A stretch of DNA of 64,000 nucleotides from Phyllobates terribilis. Lineage: Eukaryota. The stretch is from assembly GCF_046119375.1 (NCBI RefSeq), contig NW_027362763.1:152520001-152584000 (forward strand), in the 5' to 3' direction. Both the position numbers and the translations under genes were made by a program. The notes below the pieces were generated by a model, which worked only from the letters and a program-made list of their open reading frames with translations, did not search any database and was not told where the DNA came from. Below are positions 25,421 to 37,389 of this stretch, piece by piece. Numbering within the stretch: position 1 is the stretch's first letter; each line of letters starts with the position of its first letter.

Positions 25421-26745
25421 CTGATATATACTCCCCCAACCTGGCATATGCGCCCCCATCATGATATATGCTCCCCCATCCTAGTATATGCTATTGGGAA
25501 TAGAACATTTTGGTTTTCTCCAATGGTCGGCAGGGTCATATTTGTAATAGAGATCCCCATCTTTGGAAGTGGGTGTGGGAGAGCAGCATGGGTCTGTGCT
25601 TCATATGCCAGGGCTAGATGCAGTCCCAGTCTAACCCTGTTCTCACGGTAAAAATGCTTCTTTTATCACCAAAATCTGAATTTCTTATTATTACATAGTT
25701 ACATAGGTTAAAAAAAGACTCGTATTCATCAAGTTCTGCCTTTCTCCACCAATTTACATTCTTTGTCACTAAATTATCTATATCCCACAATGCCATTGCT
25801 GCTGAAGAAGTCATCCAGCCCTTGTATAAAAGCTGTTATAGTGTCGACCATTACTACTTCTTGTGGTCGGCATTCCACAGTCTGACTGCTCTTACTGTAA
25901 AGAACCCTTTCCTGTTTAGCCGCCAGAATCGCCTTTCTTCCACCTGTAATGAGTGCCTCCTGGTCCTTAGTATGGGTTCTAGAAGCAATAAGTCATGTGC
26001 TAGTCCCCTGTATTGACCACACATGGATTTATGCATATAAATGATATCTCTTCTGAGACGTCTTTTTTCTAAGTTAAACAAGGCCAACTTTTCCAACCTC
26101 TCATCATATGAGAGGCCTTCCATCCCTTTTAACAATCTAATTCTCCACCTTTGAAATGACTCTAACTTCTGAATATTATTTTTAAAATATAGAGTAAAAA
26201 TCTGGATCCCATATTCTAGATGTGGCCTCACCAGTGATTTATAAAGGGGTAACAAAACGTTGGTATCGCAGGATTTTTTCTCTCTTTTTAAATACCATAA
26301 AATCTAGTTTGCTTTTGCGGCTGCTGCTTGACCTTGAGTACTGCTGCTCAGCTTACTTGTAACCAGAACACCCAAGTCCTTCTCCTGTTCTGTAGTCCTG
26401 AGTATACTCCCATTTAATGTGTATGCAGCAATAGGATTACTCCGTTCTAGGTGCATTACTCTACATTTATCTACATTAAATCTCATTTGCCAAGTGTTTA
26501 CCCATTCAGTCATCTTATCAAGATCATTCTGTAATATTGTAATGTCAAGATCAGTTTTTAATATCCTACATAGTTTGGTGTTGTCAGCAAAAACTGACAC
26601 TTTACTCTCAATCCCATCTCCAAGGTCATTAATCAAAAAACTAAAAAGAATCGGTCCTAGGACAGATCCCTGCAGTCCACCTTGCTGACTATGTCCCATT
26701 TAGAAAAAGTACCATTTACAAAGACTCTTCGTTTCCTGTCTTTTA

Positions 26746-26939
26746 GGCCACGTGCACACGTTGAGTATTTTGTATATTTTTAACCTCAGTATTTGTAAGT
26801 CAAAATCAAAAGTGGAACAATGAGATGAAAAGTATCATAGAAACACGTCACCACTTTTATATTTATCACCCACTCCTGGTTTTGGCTTACAAATACTGAG
26901 GTAAAAAACTCAACAAATACTCAGTGTGTGCACGTGGCC
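26746..26939. mobile_element. 194-bp Tourist-type MITE inserted in the CR1
   Basis: TTA|GGCCACGTGCACAC...GTGTGCACGTGGCC|TTA; same family as 2569-2761. Confidence 0.85.
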
Positions 26940-27170
26940 TTAACCAGTTCCTTACCCATCTGCATATAGTTTCCCGCAATTCCTTGCTTCTGTAGCTTCA
27001 GTATAAGGCTGTTATATGGTACAGTATCAAATGCCCTTTCAAAGTGCAGATAAATCACATCAGCCGCATTATCAACATCCAGATTTGCACTTACCTCCTC
27101 ATAGAAACCCAACATGTTAGTTAGACACAATGTATCTTTCATGAATCCATGCTGGTTGTCAGTTATTATA

Positions 27171-27873
27171 CGGGGGGGCCATTTATGTGGAATGGTTGGT
27201 GGTATCAACTTCCTGTTTGTGGCACATTAGTATATGGGAGGGGGAAATCTTTTCAAGATGGGTGGTGACCATGGTGGCCATTTTCAAGTCTGCCATTTTG
27301 GATCCAATTTTATTTTTTTCAATGGGAAGAGGGTCATGTGACAGATCAAACTTATTGAGAATTGCATAAGAAAAACAATAGTGTGCTGGGTTTTAACGTA
27401 ACTTTATTCTTTCATGAGTTTTTTACAAGTTTATGACCACTTAAGGTACAAAGATAGTGGGGCCATTCTTCATCAATGGAAACCTCAATGCCACTGGATT
27501 TCTGAATTTGCTACAAGATGATGTGTTGCCCTCTTTATGCACTGAAGACGGCACGTTCCCTGAGTTTTTCCAACAAGATGGTGCACCACCACATTATGGG
27601 TGTCAGGTCCGAGCATTCCTACTTAAACAGTTTCCTGGAAAGTGGATTGGTCGTCGTGGGCCAGTTGAATGGCCACCAAGGTCTCCCGCTCTGACCCCCT
27701 GACTTTTATCTTTGGGGTCATCTGAAGGCAATTGTCTATGCTGTGAAGATATGGTCACCACCCATCTGGAAAAGTTTTCTTCCTCCCATATACTAATGTG
27801 CCACAAACAAGAAGTTGATATCACCAACCATTCCCATTTAATTTAGGTGTATCCATAGAAATGGCCCACCATG
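27171..27873 (+). mobile_element. Internally deleted Tc1/mariner element with ~100-bp TIRs, inserted in the CR1
   Basis: TA on both sides. ~27192-27271 is inverted at ~27751-27838. Coding remnant GPFFINGNLN...FQQDGAPPHY...WIGRRGPVEWPPRSP. Confidence 0.8.
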
Positions 27874-28449
27874 TATTATTATCTGCAATATATTTCTGCA
27901 GGCCACTTCTTATGATGCCCTCAAAAACTTTGCACACTACCGATGTCAGACATACTGGACGGTAGTTACCTGGATCCACCTTCTTACCTTTGCTAAATAT
28001 CGGTACCACGTCAGCTATCCTCCAATCTTGTGGCATCAACCCCATTACAAGAGAGTCTAAGAATATGAGATTCAGCCGTCTGTCAATTACTGAGCTCAAT
28101 TATCTTGTTATTATCGTCTTTTGTACCGTCCGTTTTTTTCCTTTTGGCATTAATATATTTATGAATTTTGTGGCGATTGTGTTTCAGTAGATAACTTTTC
28201 TAGCTTGATTTCTTTTTAACATTTCTTGTTGAAATCTTCATACTCCTGAAATGCTATTTCTGTATTCTCGGCCTTCAAGATTTTGAATGCCCTTTGTTTT
28301 TGTCTTATTACACTTTGAACTGTCTTTTTTATCCATAATGGTTTATTTTTAGTCCTGGACATTTTATTACCAGAGGGTATAAGTTTTCTACAGGATTCTA
28401 GTAGTATATCCTTAAACATGCCCTATTTATGTTCGATATCCCAAATTAC

Positions 28450-28642
28450 CATGACATGTTAAATTACATGCGAGGAATGTGTAAGAAATAGACATTCCTC
28501 ACATGTAATAAAACTGTCAAACAGTTGCAAATCATGCACACGGGAGCGATTCAACCATATCACCGAGCAGCTTATAAATACTCGGAGCTCGACCCAAGCG
28601 TACTCAGCGAAAGGGTTAATAGAACATGCTCGCTCAACACTA
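28450..28642 (+). mobile_element. Orphan hAT-type right-end fragment
   Basis: Ends GCTCGCTCAACACTA (28642). Its flank does not match the 8 bp before 13343 or 14955. Confidence 0.5.
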
Positions 28643-28857
28643 TTCCTGACCTGTATATCTGAAATTGTATCTGATCTATTTGACAGCACCAGATCCAGCA
28701 GATTACCTCTCCTGGTTGGTTCATCTACCAGCTGAGAGAGGTAATTGTCCTGAACATCGGATAAAAACTTGCAGCACCCATGCCTCTCTCCTCCATATCT
28801 GCATGTTACTGATGCTCAGCCTATATTGTTGCCTTCTTAAGGGAAGCTAGGCAATTT

Positions 28858-28925
28858 CCTTATAAGGTCATATGCCCCTTTAAGGTAAGAACACAAGATT
28901 CCATTCTGACATCATTATGACATCA
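28858..28925 (+). promoter_or_regulatory. Candidate proximal promoter motifs of copy B: CArG box CCTTATAAGG (28858-28867) and two CRE-like TGACATCA (28907-28914, 28918-28925)
   Basis: Exact CC(A/T)6GG match and a tandem CRE variant 135-200 bp upstream of the ATG. Motif match only. Confidence 0.3.
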
Positions 28926-29060
28926 CAATTAAACATCAGAACTTACACAAGTGTTTACACTCCCATCGTCACTTTGATACCCTGGTGTCATTGTTGTCAG
29001 TGATCAGTTGCATAGCTATTCACATATTGACTGCGCTTGGATTTATTTTGGATTGTTGAA

Positions 29061-32000
29061 ATGTCTGGAATTCCTCCAGACAGACTTCAGGTGTTAGCAC
29101 TACTCCAGGGCATTCTTACCACCTATGACCCTGACTTTGTGCTACCACTACCCGATGGCGTCCTCAGCTTCACTTACCGGCTGGTTATGGAGCAAGTGAG
29201 AGATTGCCTGACCAAATACCACCAAGGTCGAATAAGCTCAGAATATCTTGAGTATTTACAGCAGAACATCTGGACATTAGTACAGCAGGTAAGTAGCAGA
29301 CAATCTGCACAAGTCATAGAAAAATAATAATAATAATAGACAATATTAATGAAATACAAGTTTAAGTTTATCCTGTACCAAATACCCAGATAAGAATACC
29401 CGGGAGCTGTAATAGGGTGTACAGGCTACATTACTTGCCGTGCAGATACTTACTAGTATTTGCTGTACAAATGGCAGGAGTAACATGTTTGGTGATATAA
29501 ATGGCCTCCTCCATTCTGCACGTTCTCTCAAGATTTTCCTTTCTTTTTTATTCTCATTTCTATAGGCTGAAGAAAAATCCCAAAGTGGAGAATTGGCCTT
29601 TATAAAACAACTGGCGCTAAATGTCCTGCTTGTACTGGAGTATCCGGCCTACTCACTAGAGCGTCTGGTAAGGATCCACCGTCTTCTATATCTCATGTCC
29701 TTGTTGTCTGATCTTCTCCAGATTACCGTCATATAGCAGAAGGTCAGATGTGTGATGTTAGAGGCCTCCCTGTCCGCTACAGGCAGACACAGGACCTTTT
29801 ATGGCCGCCTGTCTCTGCTGCTCCATCACCTGTGATGGCAGTCTGTACTCAGCGGTGCAGAGTTTGTATTTCCACCTCTGTCTCGCTCGATCATCACAAT
29901 CTTCCTTCTGGTAAATGCTGCAGTCCTGATAGAAGATATTAGAGAACAGTGGTAGATACAAGTCCCTTATATATGAATGTGGATTTACTGGAGGGAGCGG
30001 CTGTGTATAGTCCGTCTGTTATATTACTTGTATATATTATATCCATCAGGAAACATCAGAAGGCGACTCCGAAGAGGGGCAAAACCTAAATATTGCTGAC
30101 CCTGAGACCAGTCAGCCGGGGCTAAACTCTGATCTGATGGAAGGTAAGCCGATCATCTAATATTCTACATTCTAATATCAAGTTATAGAGAACGGCAGAG
30201 AATATGGAGATTTACTCTTCATCCTCTGTATGTGGCCGCTGACGGCTCATGAGCCCCCTATAGACTATAATGGAGGGGCTCATGTAATTCTGCTCCTCTT
30301 CTCTGGGCTCTTTTCATGTCATTGTTGTGACTGGATCAGATCCTGAGCAATCACACATTTATAGTACAGTATATATAGATATGCCATAATTATATACAGT
30401 GTGTAGAATATCCATATACCCACTATTATTCCATGTACAGGGGTCTCGTGATTTCCTTCATTACATGGATGTGTTATATAGTAAGTGCTGATATAGACTA
30501 ATACATGACGTCTCTTCATTATTTTATCATTATTTCAGGAATAACTGAGCCGGAAGATTCTGATGGTGGAATATGTGAGACACCAGAGATCATCCAGGAA
30601 TCTGCCAGTGTAAGTATCAGAGGGACGTCTGTAGATTATCAGATGACGGGTGTGAGTTACACATCCCATATTATACCCCATATGATAATGGGATAGCGCG
30701 GTTCTTCATGTTGATCAGACCTATTGTATGTGATGATAGCATTATTATTATTCTGCCTCCTGATGTCCCTTATGTTCCCCTGCAGTACAATGATATAAGT
30801 GTATGGGGGATATCCCCCTATAATATAATAGTGTCTGTGGAGGGTCCGGCTTGTATCACATCCTCTACTTCTGCTGCAGTGTAATCAGTGAGGACACCAT
30901 ATAGAAGTGAGACCTTCCTGCATCTGGGGCTTTCATTCTCTTGCAGATTCAATGTCTTATTGTCATTTCTTTTTCCTTTTTAGGCCTTGATCGGATCATT
31001 AAACCCTTTGAGACTTCCGTGTAAGAACGACTATAAGCTGATCAAGCTGATCAGCTTTGGATCTTTTGGGTGAGCTTTATTTTGCTTTAATATTTATTTC
31101 CCATGGCTCCTTATGACAATGCCTATGTCTCTGTGACCTGCCCATGTAATATTCCCATAGACAAATTATATGAGTCCACAACACTGTCCACATCTGTCAC
31201 TATTCAGGTCAGGTAGGATGTGACGTGGATGAGGATCCCCCATTGGTGATCATTTATGGAGCGTTATTTTATGTAAATTTAGACCTGGACTTCTAGTGAC
31301 GCCCAACATGTTATATCGACCATTAGTACAGGAGATCACTTGATGAGGTCTATAGACTCATTGTTAGTAAGAATTCATAATAAATCTTGGATTTTCCTCC
31401 TCTCCAGGGCCGTCCACTTAGTGCGCCATAAAGACACAAAACAAGTATGCGCTATGAAGAAAATGGACAAGCAGAACCTGAAAGACCCAGAGGAACTGGA
31501 ACGAGCCTTTCTGGAGAGGGACATCTCAATCTTTGCTGATTGTCCCTTTGTGGCCTCCATGTTCTGCTCCTTTCCTACTAAGCTTCATCTCTGTATGGTT
31601 ATGGAGTATGTACCAGGTAGGACACATTCATTGTATCTATATCCAGCCCACGTCAGCTTAATCCTAGCACCTTATATATATTCACCCTCATGATGTGTAA
31701 TTTACATTGTAACAAACGCTCACCTGTCAAATCTGCTTTCTCCTGTAGGAGGAGACTGTCGCAAGCTTTTAAAGTACAGGGGTGCTTTACCTGTCCCCCT
31801 GGCCCGTATGTATATTGCGGAAACAATTCTTGCTGTCGAATATCTGCACAACTATGGTGTGGTGCACAGAGACCTGAAGCCTGAGAAGTAAGTGACCCCT
31901 GTAATATAATACAGGGGAAGAAAGTTTGAGTTTATTACATAGTCTATGAGTTATTACTTGGGGCTGACACCATCTTTTTTTCACAGCCTCCTGATAACAT

Positions 32001-34671
32001 CAACAGGACATATTAAAGTTACTGATTTTGGGCTTTCCAAACTCGGCCTCATGAGACCAACATCAGACATCTACCAGGCTGCATTTGAGGACATCACCAG
32101 CGAGTTCCTTGATAGTGAGGTCAGCTTTACTTACAGGATCTTGTACTTCACAAATCCCACCTCTTTCTCCTTCTCTGATAATTTCTCATCTAGAAAATGT
32201 TTTCTATGATGTCATTTGTCGCAATTATATTTATTGATCATCATCTCATTGTTCTGTTGGTTTCCAGGCTGTTGGCACCCCTATATACGTAGCTCCAGAA
32301 GTCATCTTAATGAAAGGATATGGAAGGCCTGTTGACTGGTGGTCAATAGGGATCATCCTATATGAATTTCTTTATGGATTTACACCATTTAACGGAGCTT
32401 CCAAAAGGGAGATTTATCACAGTATCCTCAGGGGTAAGTAAAATCATCTGAATGCTATGTGATCTCACAGTTATTTGGTTTTCTTGATTCTGTGGTTTAG
32501 TTCCCAACTTTGTTACGAAAACTGATATTTATGAAAATAAATAAAGAGGTTTTATTTCTTGTAATATTTGTTTTTTATATAACAGATGATATAACTTGGA
32601 CGTTTGATAAATACTCTCCTCGGGGCATCATAACTGAACTGCTCAGAAAAAATCCAACACAAAGACTTGGGACAGGTAATATTATAATAGTAATCTTTAT
32701 GACTTATTACACCTCTGTGACCAGAAAAATGATCTAGTCCATTAGGATCAGTACTGAGATTCTCTACCTACCTTCAATACATTTCCGTTACATCTTCAGT
32801 TTAGATTAGCATAAACTATACAGATATGGAGCAGTTTCTCTGACAATTACTGTATCACTTTCTTTCTTGTCTTCCATTTCCAGAAGGAGCAAATGAGATC
32901 AAATTTCATCAATTTCTGCGTTACTTAGACTTTGACAACCTTCTAAGTCAGAAGCCCCTGTTTGTTCCTGATCTAAAGTCAGATGAGGACACTCGCTACT
33001 TTACCAGTAAGTAAAATGAGACATCATCTACAGGAAACTGCCGTGTGTCTTGTCTTTCATTTTATAAGACAATTAGTCATAACCTCGTGACTGGTCTTAT
33101 ACTAATTATCTCTGATAATAATTGTATTTTGCAGCTCGCTCTAGAACATACAAACATACTGATTCAGATGAGGGCGACACAAGTGGGGACAATGACTGGA
33201 CAGAAGTCCAGAATTTTGTATCATCTTCTGAAAGATTTTCTAAAGTAAGTATGTCACGAATAAAATGTATAAGGCCATGTGCACATAATGAGTGTTTGAT
33301 GAGTTTTTTACCTCAGTATTTGTAAGCCAAAATATTAAGTGGGACAGGGAAAGGAAAAGTATAATAGAAACACGTCACCACTTCTGTATTTTTCACCCAC
33401 TCCTGGTTTTGGCTTACATATACTGAGATAAAAAACTCACCAATACTCAATGTGTGCATATGGCCTAAAACCGATAATTAGAAAAAAGTTTAAAAATACA
33501 TCTATTTTATATTTCTCCGTTCATTTTAGCTATATCCCACCAATACCGGGATAATGAACAATGAAGAAAAGCCTATGTCATCTTCAGAGTGTTCCCCAGA
33601 GAACAGCAAAAAAGGCTCAGACATGTAAGTAGATTATTATCATTATTATGAGATTCAGTTCTGATATATGTCAGATCCAAATACAAGACCCAAGTAACAT
33701 AAATCTAAATCCAGCATCCACCACCCCATGATTGCTGATCTCTGTGGATCTAGATTGTGATAACACTGCAGTAACAACTGATCAATGTGACCCACTATTC
33801 ATTTCGAGATCACTACGGCCAATATTACTAGTTAGACTCCATTCTTGCTGGTAGAATGGGGTCCTGAGCAGGGTGTCCCCATCATGGTGTCCTAATTGGC
33901 CTTACAGACAGCTGTTCTTCCATTTTTCTATTGCTTTTCCTTGTAATTTACTTGTCTTTCTTCTTCTAATCAGGCAGAGAGAGATTTCTTCATCCAAAAC
34001 TGATGATGACAATCAGTGTTTTCCTGCTAAATCCAGCGAGTCATCCTCATCCTCGTCCTCAGTGTCAGGTATGTACAGATTTATAGGAAATCCTATTATA
34101 GTCTATAATGTAAAAGTTTTTTGTGCATATTAATCAGTTTACATAACTCTATATAGACACAAAGCTAATCTTTTAGAAGTTTATAATCAACATTTGTTTT
34201 TGACTTTTTCATTAGAATCTCCTGTTCAGAAGAGAAGAACATTTTTTCTAAAGCTGAGAAAACAAGACAAAACTGAGAAAGTAGAAGAGGGGGAACGTAG
34301 GCGAGGTAAGTGTGACAATAAGCTCCATGTTGTATAATGTCAGCGAGAAGGATTCATGTGGAGCAGATGTTATCTGTCAGTGGTGGGATTGTCACATGTA
34401 TGATGGCTGACACTGATCCCGTACCTCTGTATGGAGAAGATTCCTCTCCCGTACTCCCACAGTGACACCACAGTAGTATCCTGTAATATGGACTTCCATT
34501 ACTTACATCAGTTTTACATCTTTTCTCATAGGTTCTCTCTTCCGCCGGATGATATCATCCTGCCGGCGTGGATTGTCCAGGGCTGCTCGCGCTGTCAGAG
34601 AAAGCTATATTTTTGCCTGCTGTCAACAGGGCACCATAGACATCTCAAGGACAGAAAAACCCCATATCTAG
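29061..34671 (+). CDS. MAST-like AGC Ser/Thr kinase, copy B (16 exons, 656 aa, PDZ-less)
   Basis: Exons: 29061-29288, 29566-29667, 30050-30143, 30539-30609, 30984-31069, 31408-31616, 31749-31887, 31987-32119, 32268-32433, 32586-32675, 32884-33006, 33135-33244, 33530-33624, 33974-34068, 34216-34305, 34532-34671. Total 1971 nt = 656 aa + TAG. Exons 1-2 ([14 protein letters not shown]...VRDCL...GRISSEY...ELAFIKQL) resemble the C-terminal part of the MAST N-terminal DUF1908 region. The ATG at 29061 is the simplest start; acceptor-like AGs at 29079 and 29090 leave room for an alternative first exon. Confidence 0.88.
33273..33465. mobile_element. Orthologous 193-bp MITE in copy B intron
   Basis: Same TIRs, TAA TSD and position as in copy A, so the insertion predates the duplication. 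Confidence 0.8.
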
Positions 34672-36515
34672 CTCCCTGAAGAACGTGCAGCACATCCTCC
34701 ATCAATGCTGTACCTGTATGGAAGGACTTGTACATCTACCTGTGGCCTTCAAGAAACATCTTCAAAAGCTGAAGGCCTCTCCATGAACATCTCTTCATCC
34801 TTTCCATCAATGCTTAATTAAAAAATATCTATAAATCAAAATATAAAATTGAATAATGTCCTTTTGAATCTAATTGAATAATAGTGCCATTAGTGGCATA
34901 TCAATATCATACTTGTCATAAATGTCTGATAGGTTGGACACCAAACAGGTGAAGATTGGTTCTATATCTCCCAGTAATCCTCTAAACCCCCGGCCAAGAT
35001 TGGAGGAGATGACCAGAGGTTCTGTTATTCCTAAGGGTGCGTGCACATAGCACTTTATAGACACAAGCATGCCCACTGAGTTTTTTCTATAGGAAGATGT
35101 TTCAGGAAAATGTAGACGGTGTTTTTCCTCAGTAATCTTTATTTGTAATTTTTGCAGTTGGCATCTTTTTTTGTTAACTATGTATAAAGTAGTGAGGGTC
35201 TTCTAAACAGAAGCCACCTGCAGAATGAACAAGTCACTTCCATAATCCACTTCATAAATTTTAAAGCCAAAAGTGGAAAGAAAATGTTGAAAAAGACTCA
35301 AACATACAGTATGACAAGCAAATTGTTTTTACATTGAACACATGCGAACATTTAAATTTTTATTGAGTGCTTTTTATGAGGGATCCATGCGGAATCCACC
35401 AGAAGAAGAACTCAGAAGAAGGACTCAGATGCTTTTTCCTTAGTGGATCTCTATTTCAGTTCTATGCACAAGAACAAGCTGGATTCTGTGCTGTAGATTA
35501 TGGGGGTCCCAGCAGTCACACCCCACCAGAGGTGTAGCCAAGGGTTCAGCATAGGGGAGGTGACACATCTGAATGGGTCCTAACTAGGTAACCTTTTTGC
35601 AACTACGGTTGCACACCCTAACTGTGTGTATAGGGGAATCTCAGCAGATGACCGGCTGTTACTGAAAATAAATCTCTACAAAAACCAAAGCAATATTACT
35701 GCCACATGGTGACCATATAGTGGTAGATCACAGGCCTGCGGAATACATTAAAAGATTACACTACAGTTATAGATTGTGTATAGGGTATATAAGTATATAT
35801 AGATTCACTTTTCCCATCTTTTCCATCTGGCCCAGACCGATATGACAGCCTCTTCCAGACATGACTTGTCTACAAAGAACTATTTGACTTCTCAAATTTC
35901 CAGCACCGTCCCCATCTATTAATGACCTGCACAATCTCCTCACCCTGCTGATACCACAATGCTGAGCCGCTGATGCGTATGTGTTACTATACTGCACCTG
36001 CTGTGTGGTATGATAGCAGTGCTCCTGTTACTGCCCCACATACTTATGCCCACCACTGTGCCCCTTACATAGTAATAATGCCTCCTTTGTGCTATCTAGA
36101 TAGTAGAATTACCGTCTAGAAAATATTAATGCTTTGTGTAAGTGTCCAAGAAATAGTTATCACCAAAAGAAGACTTATTAAACTCAGAAATATTAAAATA
36201 TATCACTGAATTAGGTGAACTATTAAGATAAAATATTACTTTTATTTACAATATTAAAATAGTTTTTATTCAATTCCACCGTGCTATGTGAAAGTCTATC
36301 CAGCTATTAATCACCCATAGTGCCATACTGTCTGCTGGATAATAATATATGGCAATGATACCAATACTATGTCATAGGTGCAGTGTGGATATTATACACG
36401 GCTGGTGATATTACTGCTGGCTGTATATACCACTTATTGTGCCGCTCTGTATATTATTATATCAGTCCCATCCTTATCTATGAGCAGAATATTACAGCTC
36501 ACAATTACACTGTAA

Positions 36516-37389
36516 GGCTATGTGCCCACGATGCAGAAATACTCCGGATTTTTTCCTGAGCGTTTCTGCATCTCCCCTGGCAGAAAAAACGCATGCGGAT
36601 TGTACATGTGGATTGTACATGCGGATTGTACATGCGGATTGTACATGTGGATTGTACATGTGGATTGTACATGCGGATTGTACATGCGTTTTTCCTGCCA
36701 GGGACATACGGATGTGAAGCGTTCTTCACATGCATTTCCGCATGCGGGTTGACAAGCGCTTTCCAAGCGATTTTAGCATTACTTGGAAAGTGCTTGTCAA
36801 CTTGGTCACACTATATAAATCTATGCAAACAGCGTAATCCATGCTTTCCAATGCAAGTCAATAGCGGAGAAAACGCAGCACTTCCGCAAAATAATTGGTA
36901 GTGCTGCGTGTTTTTCAGCAATGATAATCAGCGCAGGTCCCCCAGTCCATCGCGAGCTGCCGGCAAGCGAAGACAAGGAGAGCGGGCGCCGTCAGAAGGT
37001 AAATATAACATTTATTTTTTATTTTATTCTGTTTTTCACAGGTTCTATGGTACCCGGGTCCGGAGGAGATTCTCCTCTCCTCTAGACCCGGGTACCATCC
37101 GCACATTAGAACGCATGGAATGCGCATCTACATATACAGTAATGCGTAATCCATGCTTTCCAATGCAAGTCAATGGCGGCGAAAACACAGCGCTTCCACA
37201 AAACAATTGGTAGTGCTGCGTTTTTTTCCGCAATGATAATCCGCAGCGGAAATTTCCGCAGCATGTGCACAGCACAGGCGGATTATCATTGGGGACATGG
37301 CAGGCCTTCTACCATGCGTTTTTTAAGCGTTTCTGCGGCATTTTTGCTGCTGCGGAAACGCTTAAAAAATGCATCGTGGGCACACAGCC
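36516..37389. mobile_element. Same MITE, unit B (874 bp), with 7 units of the 13-mer at 36596-36686
   Basis: Same TIRs and flanks as 5816-10297. Internal hairpin arms 36575-36595 and 36683-36703 bracket the 7 units. Internal direct repeat at 36832/37144. Confidence 0.8.

Larger units (their letters stand above)
25691..28450 (-). mobile_element. 5'-truncated CR1-type LINE (ORF2 remnants) with two nested insertions
   Basis: Minus-strand QGSVLGPILF...INDL...VFADNTKL, HGFMKD..CLTNML.FYE, DWRIADVVPIFSKGKKVDPGNYRPVCLTS, LYKSLVRPHLEY. Short (CTATGTAA)n-like 3' tail at 25691. Confidence 0.88.

Noticed and set aside
13343-28642. Pairing the hAT left end at 13343 with the right end at 28642 as one 15-kb element
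   Set aside because: The flanking 8-mers differ (GTTAGAGT versus TTCCTGAC), so there is no TSD support.
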